From: a virus
Taxonomy: Duplodnaviria > Heunggongvirae > Uroviricota > Caudoviricetes
Length of the DNA: 40,414 bases
Direction: 5' to 3' (one strand)
IMG/VR virus record: IMGVR_UViG_2917398303_000004
Coordinates: 1 to 40,414 of that record
The position numbers and the translations under genes were made by a program. The first letter of the stretch is position 1; every line of letters starts with the position of its first letter. A model generated the notes under the pieces. The model saw nothing but the letters and a program-made list of their open reading frames with translations, was not told the DNA's origin and searched no databases. Positions 1-7,758 of the stretch are shown in pieces.

Positions 1-120
1 TTATATCACAGCAAACCCATGTGATGTCTCAATCACCAGGCTGTTAGCCGTAACTCCGCAGATCATATCAACATTCAGCTTTTTATCTACGTAGTCTTTT
101 GCTGGACTTGGAAAACCCAT
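1..120 (-). CDS. Short UmuD/S24-like N-terminal fragment (39 aa, MGFPSPAKDYVDKKLNVDMICGVTANSLVIETSHGFAVI)
   Basis: Own translation of the reverse complement of 1-120 (ATG at 120-118, TAA at 3-1); GFPSPAxDY motif resembles UmuD just after its Cys-Gly cleavage site; LexA box 19 nt upstream. Confidence 0.35.
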   Translation of the reverse strand: MGFPSPAKDYVDKKLNVDMICGVTANSLVIETSHGFAVI

Positions 121-137
121 AGAGCACACCTCACAAA

Positions 138-157
138 TACTGTTTATGCATACAGTA
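138..157. promoter_or_regulatory. Putative LexA (SOS) box TACTGTTTATGCATACAGTA
   Basis: Matches CTG-N10-CAG / TACTG(TA)5CAGTA consensus; palindromic; sits just upstream of the minus-strand short ORF. Confidence 0.55.
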
Positions 158-329
158 CTCTACATCTTGGCTATCGATCAACTTTGGTGATGATGCTAGA
201 CTTGTGAAATATCCTAAAAGAGAGGGCTACGGCTGCTACTCTTTCAAGAATATGCCGTTCTTAAATCAAAGTTAACGTTGCTCTATTGCAGCGTTTTTGT
301 TACTTAAAATTCATTGATACGGGTGTAGA

Positions 330-1439
330 GTGAGCAAAAGAATCGAGTTTGCAAACACGATACGAGGCGTTGCCAGCATGGTTGTTATGTTGGCTCATTA
401 CATAATATCGTTTAATGCCTTCTCTGGTGGCTATGGAGGCCTCCCAAAGATAGAAGGAGGTGTTTTTGATTATGCCTCTGGCCTGTTAGGTTTTGGGATG
501 CCAAGTTTCAGTTACGGAGCATTTGGTGTTGCTCTATTTTTTTTAGTTAGCGGCTTTGTAATACCATTATCTCTAACAAAATTAACAACTCAGCGGTATG
601 GTATACTTGCCTTCATGGTTTCACGAGTTCTAAGGATATGGCCCGTATATGTAATTGGTTTTTCCATATCTATGCTATTCCGATGGTTGTCATTCAATGG
701 CTCAGAACTTAGTGACGCCTACAACATTTATGATGTCATATACCACCTAACTCTTTTCAGGGATTGGATTGGCGGAATGCCTTTAGATGGTGTTGGCTGG
801 ACGCTTGAAATTGAGATTAAATTCTATCTGCTATCAGCAATATTTGCTTATGCGACGGTAAAAGGTAAGCAGTACATTACGATCGTTGCTATGGCAGGGG
901 CGTTTGCTGGGTACTACTTTGGCGTTCAGACGCCTATATATTTTATATTCCCGCACAGCATCCTGTATTGCTTCCAGTTCATACTGTTCATGACCATAGG
1001 CACTAACTTATACTTACTGTACGCTGGAGTGATCAGCAAGAACAAGGCCATACTATGGATAGGGGTGTCGTTAGGTTCATTTATTTATGTTTGCCCTCCT
1101 GATTCCAAAGTTGGATATCTTGTCGCATTTTTAGTGTTCCTGTCATGTTATGTCGCAAGAGATAGCTTTAATGGAGGTGCGATAACATCTTTCTTTGCAA
1201 AGATTAGCTACCCAATGTACGTTGTGCATGCTCTTTTTGGATATGTGACAATGTGGTACATGATAAATCTTGGTTTAAACACCTACGTCGCCCTGATTTT
1301 ACAAATATTGATGACAATATCGATATCATACTTAATGCATTTGTATGTAGAGATCCCCTCCCAAAAATATGGAAAAATCGCGTCTGACTTCATAACGGGT
1401 AGAAGGAAGGTAATTCCTGCTGGTATGGCTGTATCGTGA
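330..1439 (+). CDS. Acyltransferase family 3 integral membrane protein (O-antigen acetyltransferase-like lysogenic conversion candidate)
   Basis: 369-aa multi-TM protein, N-terminal R-G-x-A...LAHY motif typical of acyltransferase_3; GTG start; AT-rich relative to neighbours. Confidence 0.7.
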   Translation: MSKRIEFANTIRGVASMVVMLAHYIISFNAFSGGYGGLPKIEGGVFDYASGLLGFGMPSFSYGAFGVALFFLVSGFVIPLSLTKLTTQRYGILAFMVSRVLRIWPVYVIGFSISMLFRWLSFNGSELSDAYNIYDVIYHLTLFRDWIGGMPLDGVGWTLEIEIKFYLLSAIFAYATVKGKQYITIVAMAGAFAGYYFGVQTPIYFIFPHSILYCFQFILFMTIGTNLYLLYAGVISKNKAILWIGVSLGSFIYVCPPDSKVGYLVAFLVFLSCYVARDSFNGGAITSFFAKISYPMYVVHALFGYVTMWYMINLGLNTYVALILQILMTISISYLMHLYVEIPSQKYGKIASDFITGRRKVIPAGMAVS

Positions 1440-1446
1440 TAAGTAA

Positions 1447-1466
1447 GGGCCAGTGGTTTCTGGCCC
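1447..1466. terminator. Stem-loop between convergent acyltransferase and tail-fibre genes (GGGCCAG-N6-CTGGCCC)
   Basis: 7-bp perfect inverted repeat in the 34-bp gap between convergent stops. Confidence 0.4.
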
Positions 1467-1473
1467 TGCCTTA

Positions 1474-1917
1474 CTAAAAATTACCCTCTGACAGGAATGA
1501 ATAGGTTCCAGGCCCACCAGTAATGTTACACGTCCACGCTTTAGGCTGACCAGAGGTAGGATTACTATTGACTACACGCTCACCTTTTACCCATTCACCA
1601 GTGGTGGGAACGGATGCTCTTTTAAATTCAGTTTTTTTATAGGGAACTTTGTAATATGGTGTTCCCAAAATCATCAAACTAGGATCACAAATTAGCGCGG
1701 AGCCAGTGCCAACCTTAGAAAAGGATAACTGAATATCAGTTGCATCGCCTGGTACTTTTAAACAAATGCTTTTATAAACCCACGCATTACTTCCACCAAC
1801 TGGCACTGTTGCATCTTCTGAAAAATCACCGTTAATTGCCAATCGCAATTTGGTGGGGTTACCAAGGTCATTAACCCAAGCCCCGAACCAGACAAAATTA
1901 CTCCTCAGGAACGCCAC
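1474..1917 (-). CDS. Tail fibre C-terminal segment, in frame with and directly downstream of the 2029-3645 tail-fibre ORF
   Basis: Same reading frame as upstream ORF, separated by a single TAA (2029-2031) and 37 sense codons; GTG start at 1917. Confidence 0.45.
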   Translation of the reverse strand: MAFLRSNFVWFGAWVNDLGNPTKLRLAINGDFSEDATVPVGGSNAWVYKSICLKVPGDATDIQLSFSKVGTGSALICDPSLMILGTPYYKVPYKKTEFKRASVPTTGEWVKGERVVNSNPTSGQPKAWTCNITGGPGTYSFLSEGNF

Positions 1918-2028
1918 ATCATTTGTGATACTTGACCAAACCCTATCGCCATCAGTTACCTCAAATGCGAAATTACCATTAAGAACATACGACTTTTTAT
2001 TCAGAGCACCTGTAGTTCCGCTGACAGC

Positions 2029-3645
2029 TTACCATTCAAGTAGATTTCTGTCGGCAAAATTTCTATTGAAACTCGCACCATCAATATCAATAAAATGACT
2101 TGTGGATGGGTTCTCTATATTCCCATTCGACATATTTCCAAGATAGTTAACGGTGTTTTTTGAATTCGAACCGATATGCAATGGTGAATTTACTTGTGAA
2201 TACTTATTGCTTTTATATAAAGCGAGTAAATCATTAACCTTCGAAGTATCAAGTATCTGAGTTTTCTCAATGCTCAAGTTAGAGGCAAAGTTAGTAAAAA
2301 CAAATGAATTATTTTGTATTGTAGGAATGGTAAATCCAATTGGTGTAACATGCGAGTTTTTAACAGAAACGCATTGATTTATATATGGAAGGTCTAAAAC
2401 TAAGGTTTGCGTATTTAGATTAGATAGCAGATGAATATCTGATCTAACTAATACAACCTCTGGGGCCTGATAAGTTATTCCTAACTCACAGTTGGCCTCA
2501 TAATAGTTACTATCAAGATTAAGTGACTTGCAATTTACAGCAACTATTGCAGCCTTTTTATTCCCCTCCATGTTATTATAATTAACATTTATACTTAATC
2601 CTGCAAGCGGTGACGATGGGGTAATGGTAACCGCTACTCCATTATTGGCGTAAAATTTATTTCTTTGAACGTTAACATTATTGGCAATCCCAGTTATTTT
2701 GATGCTATCGCCAAAATTAGAGAAAACGCGACACCCTGTTATATCGTTACTATAGCCACCAAGATCAATGGCATATCCAATTGTGTTTGTAACAATAATA
2801 TTATCAATTTTAGTGTGATTACTCTCAGGAAGTAAAACTCCTTCCGTTAATCCATTACCATTAATACTGAAATCACTTAGCTCCAAAAAAGCAATTTCAC
2901 CAGATTGCTGGGTTATAAACGGAGATCCAGCCTTTGCTGAAAATAATGATGATTGATATGGCCCCTGACCTTCAATTTTTACTAGTTTGTCTTTTATGGT
3001 AATCCCAGGATCAACGTTAAACCCTCCCGCTGGTATTATAAACTTTGTTGCGCCAGAAGCATCATCAATAGCTTTCTGGAATGCTGCTTTGTTCTGAGCC
3101 CCAGTATTCCCGACTTTAAATCCGTAGTCAGAAAGCGTTACCAAATCCACAGCGAATTTGTCAGATACCGACATCGAAACGCCATCATTAAACTTAGGTG
3201 TATATGTAACGATGTCAGAACCCTTAATGGGGTTGTCACTGATTAAGTCTCCCCTCAGTGTAGCATCGCCAACACTCAACCATGCACCTGGCCCTATACC
3301 GCCTGTAGACGCAGGTGTTGACCCAGGAGGAACTAACTTAGGTAACAGCCCATCCCATCTGTAATATTCGCCATCACCATCAGGGAGCTTCCAGCGTAAT
3401 GCCTGATCTGCACGAGTTAAATCTGCACCGTCCTGGAATGAATCCATCATCGTCCATCCCATGGAGGATAGTTTTTCCTGATAACGCTTTTCCATTCCAT
3501 GCCATGTCAGTCTGGTCTTACCAAATCTATCAGGACATGTCTCATTTGATTGATCGTTTGAAAGGTAATCGAAGTTCTGCGCATTATCATACAAATCTTT
3601 TGCGGCAGAAGACCCCAGCGGATTGCCGGTGTTATAAGTAGTCAT
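2029..3645 (-). CDS. Tail fibre / tailspike protein (beta-helix-like repeats)
   Basis: Start at MTTYNTGNPLG with GAGG Shine-Dalgarno 6 nt upstream; repetitive N/G/S-rich beta-strand-like sequence; last gene of tail operon. Confidence 0.65.
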   Translation of the reverse strand: MTTYNTGNPLGSSAAKDLYDNAQNFDYLSNDQSNETCPDRFGKTRLTWHGMEKRYQEKLSSMGWTMMDSFQDGADLTRADQALRWKLPDGDGEYYRWDGLLPKLVPPGSTPASTGGIGPGAWLSVGDATLRGDLISDNPIKGSDIVTYTPKFNDGVSMSVSDKFAVDLVTLSDYGFKVGNTGAQNKAAFQKAIDDASGATKFIIPAGGFNVDPGITIKDKLVKIEGQGPYQSSLFSAKAGSPFITQQSGEIAFLELSDFSINGNGLTEGVLLPESNHTKIDNIIVTNTIGYAIDLGGYSNDITGCRVFSNFGDSIKITGIANNVNVQRNKFYANNGVAVTITPSSPLAGLSINVNYNNMEGNKKAAIVAVNCKSLNLDSNYYEANCELGITYQAPEVVLVRSDIHLLSNLNTQTLVLDLPYINQCVSVKNSHVTPIGFTIPTIQNNSFVFTNFASNLSIEKTQILDTSKVNDLLALYKSNKYSQVNSPLHIGSNSKNTVNYLGNMSNGNIENPSTSHFIDIDGASFNRNFADRNLLEW

Positions 3646-3701
3646 ATGGACCTCATAAACGAAAAACCACCGAAGTGGGTTTGTTAAGATGTTGTTTGTG
3701 A

Positions 3702-6419
3702 TTAAGCTACATTGCCGGGGTAGGAGGCATTGTCGTATTGATAGAAGGAGTCGCGGTATTCTTTTGCTGTAACCTGACATGTTCCGTCAGACTGCGGTGA
3801 AATCTCTGAGATTAGTGCGCTGTAACCAACACGTGAAGATTCGCAGAATATAAGGCGTGGAGGTTCGATAGATTGATCATTCAGTATGATGCCGATGAAC
3901 TCATCCTGTTCAGACACCGATAATTCATAATCACTAACCTTAGTAACTGGAAGCAAACCAGACGCTGAGCCATCCTGATAGCGAATTAACGCGCGCGGAT
4001 TGTTGAATGTCCAGTCAAGTGGTTCTGATACAGCGATAGTTGTTACACCACCTACAGTTCTCATATGATCAATCAAAGTGCTGATTGTTTTGCTACCTGG
4101 AATGTCATCAGTAAAAACAATTCGGTCGCCTACGTTATAGCAAAGCGCGTCCATTTCCGTGGTCGTGGTATGGGTCAAACGCTGCTGCCTGTACTTCATC
4201 AGCCTTCGCATGCCTATCTGATAAGCTCTGTCCTGATCAAGCACGCCATCAAGCGTATAATCTTCAACTTTAACTGGAGTAGGATTACCCGATGTTCTGC
4301 ACTGAACCGTCTCTTCAGCCCACGTAGTGCCATTAATGTAAGTGACATCCACGCCATCATAATCATCGGCTGATGGTGCAACGAAGGCCGTTTGAAGCGC
4401 TTCTGTCATTTCCTGCGGGCTAATGATTCCCGTCCACGTTTTCACCCCCTCCCTTCCAACAGAAGCCATACCATCAGACAGCAGGAAATAGCTTTTACCT
4501 GCACTGGTGACTTTCTGAAACATTTCAAGAGCGGAAACTGAGTCTGTTGTTGCGTAATCGAAAAACTCGCTATCAGGCGTCCAGTAAGATGATTCCAGCA
4601 TATCAATCGCTTCGTTATCCATCGCAAGCCCCAGCTCATTTCCAATGTGGTATAGCGCACCTGAAATGCTCCTGGAAATACCGGAATCATAAATGCGTGT
4701 GGCGACTACGTTGACACGGCGATCGGACTGAGCGGCAAGCTTTCCACCCGTTTCGACTGAGACAGCCATAGTGGTTACACCAGAGTATGATGATGGTCTT
4801 GAAAGCAACCTCCCCCTCAATGACTGCCAGTACATGTTATCCCTGCTGTTATCCTGACCTTGTTCGTTCGTTCTCCTGCATCTAACCTCTACCAAACCGG
4901 CTGATGCCAACGTGATACGCTCAGTAAAACCTAACCCATTAATATTTTGCTGATTGTAAGATCCAGTTTTGCTGGTCCAGCCTGAACCAGAACCGTAAAC
5001 ACGGTATTGAATTTCCCACTGAACAATCCTGTTCTGCTTCCTGCCCTTCTTGTTATACCCACAAATACCGTTTGGGAAGAAGAAATTGACCTCAAACATA
5101 TCAACGACTTCATTATCTGGACATGTGAGAAACGGCCCCATCCATTTATTGTTCTGATTTAATCCGTTTGCTTCAAAATCAAGCACTGTACGCGGCGTGA
5201 AACCTGGCCATTCCGGGTCAACAGCACCCTCTACAACACGCTGTAAAGTAACGGTGCTGGCGTCGATTTCCAGAATTTTATATTCGCTGCCTGAGTGCGA
5301 TACTGATAAACGAATGTATCCTTCAGGAATACCAGTAAATGCTGTTCCGGTTGCGCTTTCATACGCCAGAGCGATTGACGCCGTAACAACGTCTTCATCA
5401 ACAGGTTCTGAATGGGGGATGTAATCAGCAATGAAAAGCTGGTAATCGATACTGTTGTACCAGAGAGTAACTGGCATACCGATGTATGGAGCAATCTCTT
5501 CCAGTGTGTCACTGGTTATTCTGCTGTATGCGCCATCATTGGTGACAACATAAGAATCTGGAACAATCAGTTCAACAATTGCACCTTCTGTCCATGAGTC
5601 AGGAAGGTCGTTTGTATCAGTATTTCCATCGTCAGTACTAAGGCCGTTAAAGGTGATATCTGCACCAGATACCGTTAATGAATCTGCTACAACATCCTGT
5701 GTATCCGGGGCTGTCTGCGCCATATCAAGACCAGAACCAGATGCCGTTCCGCCTACTTCTGTTGAGTTGAACCAGTTTTCCGTTCGCTGATCACCGATAA
5801 TGTTCTGTCCTGGCTGATATACATTATAGGTAAACCCATCACCAAGAGAGGCGATTGGCGTTGACCCAACGCGAATGTCGCCATCACCAAATGAAAAACG
5901 GCCCATACCCAGCACCACAAACATTTCAACCGTCATTACAGTCGGATCATCAGTTGAGAATCTTGTTACTGGTTGCACTGCATAATCTGGATAAATACGG
6001 CTGCGACCAAATAACTCGCGTATCGGATCACCCAATTTCGCGTTATTCGCTTTAGCAGGATTTACATCAAGTGGATTACCTGTTCCTGATGAATAACCAC
6101 CAAGATCACCAACACCAGGAGCAAAGAATAAAGCGTAAGCTACAGACGCAACTGATACGGCAACTGCAATCCAGGCGAGAGCTACAGCACCGTAAGGAAC
6201 AGGATAAATTCTGACGTCGCTATCCGGGCTGATTGCGAACTCAAACCACGCCTGAGATGGAATATTTTTCCCATCAACGTCAATTGTGATCGGCTGTTTA
6301 ATATCAGGCTTATAGCCCTCTACTTTTTTTGACAGCCATTGATGTATGGTTATAGCGCCATGTTCATGTGTTTCCAGCGGTTCGCCGGGGATGCGGGAGG
6401 GGTAAATTCGGATAGTCAC
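3702..6419 (-). CDS. Tail tip / host-specificity (central fibre, J-like) protein
   Basis: 905-aa protein immediately downstream of NlpC/P60 tail assembly gene and upstream of tail fibre; start overlaps upstream stop. Confidence 0.6.
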   Translation of the reverse strand: MTIRIYPSRIPGEPLETHEHGAITIHQWLSKKVEGYKPDIKQPITIDVDGKNIPSQAWFEFAISPDSDVRIYPVPYGAVALAWIAVAVSVASVAYALFFAPGVGDLGGYSSGTGNPLDVNPAKANNAKLGDPIRELFGRSRIYPDYAVQPVTRFSTDDPTVMTVEMFVVLGMGRFSFGDGDIRVGSTPIASLGDGFTYNVYQPGQNIIGDQRTENWFNSTEVGGTASGSGLDMAQTAPDTQDVVADSLTVSGADITFNGLSTDDGNTDTNDLPDSWTEGAIVELIVPDSYVVTNDGAYSRITSDTLEEIAPYIGMPVTLWYNSIDYQLFIADYIPHSEPVDEDVVTASIALAYESATGTAFTGIPEGYIRLSVSHSGSEYKILEIDASTVTLQRVVEGAVDPEWPGFTPRTVLDFEANGLNQNNKWMGPFLTCPDNEVVDMFEVNFFFPNGICGYNKKGRKQNRIVQWEIQYRVYGSGSGWTSKTGSYNQQNINGLGFTERITLASAGLVEVRCRRTNEQGQDNSRDNMYWQSLRGRLLSRPSSYSGVTTMAVSVETGGKLAAQSDRRVNVVATRIYDSGISRSISGALYHIGNELGLAMDNEAIDMLESSYWTPDSEFFDYATTDSVSALEMFQKVTSAGKSYFLLSDGMASVGREGVKTWTGIISPQEMTEALQTAFVAPSADDYDGVDVTYINGTTWAEETVQCRTSGNPTPVKVEDYTLDGVLDQDRAYQIGMRRLMKYRQQRLTHTTTTEMDALCYNVGDRIVFTDDIPGSKTISTLIDHMRTVGGVTTIAVSEPLDWTFNNPRALIRYQDGSASGLLPVTKVSDYELSVSEQDEFIGIILNDQSIEPPRLIFCESSRVGYSALISEISPQSDGTCQVTAKEYRDSFYQYDNASYPGNVA

Positions 6420-6796
6420 TTCCAGAACTCCACTTTAACAAAGCGCCGTTTGAAACGAGAAACAGGAAGAAATGTCACATTCATTCCCGGATTACATTCA
6501 GCAACGTGAAGTTGACCGTTTATCTCAACAACGACACCAACGTGGGTAACGGTTGACCCGGAATAACACGCAGCGCCTGCACCGACACAAGGATCGCATT
6601 TCTCAAGCGACCGCATCAGCTTTACTGCTTCTCGGTTAAGACCACCATCATCTTTAGTCACCCCGGAACAATCAGGCCAGAGAGGTAAACCGAGGTCTTT
6701 GCGTACCTCATTGACGATGCCGAAACAGTCAAGTTCAGGATAAACGCGCCCGCCCTTCTGCCAGAAGACTGAAAGGTATTTGTCAGGGTTGAACAT
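6416..6796 (-). CDS. NlpC/P60 (C40 peptidase) tail assembly protein, lambda K-like
   Basis: LDCFG...THVGVVV motifs consistent with a Cys/His NlpC/P60 active site; position after tape measure and minor tail genes. Confidence 0.65.
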   Translation of the reverse strand: MFNPDKYLSVFWQKGGRVYPELDCFGIVNEVRKDLGLPLWPDCSGVTKDDGGLNREAVKLMRSLEKCDPCVGAGAACYSGSTVTHVGVVVEINGQLHVAECNPGMNVTFLPVSRFKRRFVKVEFWK

Positions 6797-6805
6797 TGTT
6801 GCTCC

Positions 6806-7300
6806 TTAACTCATGTAACGGAGGCCAGGATAATATGGAAGGGTGTAACGATGACGGGGCCAGGCAGTATCGAGGACATTCATATAGCCTGCCGTTATCT
6901 GCGCCTGCGTAGATGTCCACGAACCACTCTTAATAGCCAGAGTATAGGGAACTGAAGCGGGTGCACTAAGGTCGGTAGATACGTAGTTACGATAGGTTAA
7001 AGATGCCTCTGATAGGTTATCCAGCGCGTTACGAATCGCAGTAGAAGTAACTCCATCAATATTGTCGATAGCAAACTGTAAATCCTGTGTACCGTCACTA
7101 TTTCTGGCAGGAAGAGCAATATCGATAGCTGCTGACTGAAATGTCACTTCATCGCCATTTTCAGTGACAGCCGTGATATCTTCGAAGCCTTTGCACAAGT
7201 AATAAACTTCAGTTCCAATGTTTATTTGCAGTGTTTCGATAATCACCTCTTCACCAGAAGAGGCGTAAAGACGATTGAGAATAGTCATGGTCTTGGCCAC
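6806..7300 (-). CDS. Minor tail protein (L-like position)
   Basis: 164-aa ORF in tail operon between tape measure and NlpC/P60 gene. Confidence 0.45.
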   Translation of the reverse strand: MAKTMTILNRLYASSGEEVIIETLQINIGTEVYYLCKGFEDITAVTENGDEVTFQSAAIDIALPARNSDGTQDLQFAIDNIDGVTSTAIRNALDNLSEASLTYRNYVSTDLSAPASVPYTLAIKSGSWTSTQAQITAGYMNVLDTAWPRHRYTLPYYPGLRYMS

Positions 7301-7758
7301 TCCCTGTTAAGCGCAATATCAATGATGCTGCTGTTGATAATGTAATCGGGGAACTCTCCCCAACCAGGAGCAAGAGCAGGCCTTTCCCATAGCTCAAGCG
7401 TGGCAGTAAATCGCCAGTAATTACCGCCCTCGATGGTTGGACCCTCGTAGATGTCTACGAACCGGCATACATACACGTCGATAATGCCAAGTGGTGAGCG
7501 AAGTGGCATGTTGAACCAGTCAGCACCATCTTTGATGGTGTCTCTGTACCACGCTTCAAAGAGTTGAGCCTCCGGATCTGTAAACAACCATGCCACTGAT
7601 GCCTGAGTTGGCGTTGAAGTGTACAGACGGCGTTGTCTTGCCCTGCCTGATGTAAGTTCTGTTCTCAGCAATGGGCTAACAGGCTTTAACCCGAACCCTT
7701 CCTGCAATGGAATAGGCAGGTAATCATTCGGATAGTTAATGCTGGTAGTTTTAGCCAT
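7285..7758 (-). CDS. Minor tail protein (M-like position)
   Basis: 157-aa ORF starting at the stop of the tape measure gene. Confidence 0.45.
   Translation of the reverse strand: MAKTTSINYPNDYLPIPLQEGFGLKPVSPLLRTELTSGRARQRRLYTSTPTQASVAWLFTDPEAQLFEAWYRDTIKDGADWFNMPLRSPLGIIDVYVCRFVDIYEGPTIEGGNYWRFTATLELWERPALAPGWGEFPDYIINSSIIDIALNREWPRP

Noticed and set aside
1332-2098. ORFs 1332-1517 (minus) and 1850-2098 (plus)
   Set aside because: They overlap the acyltransferase 3' end, the convergent terminator and the tail fibre gene in the wrong frame or strand; treated as spurious.
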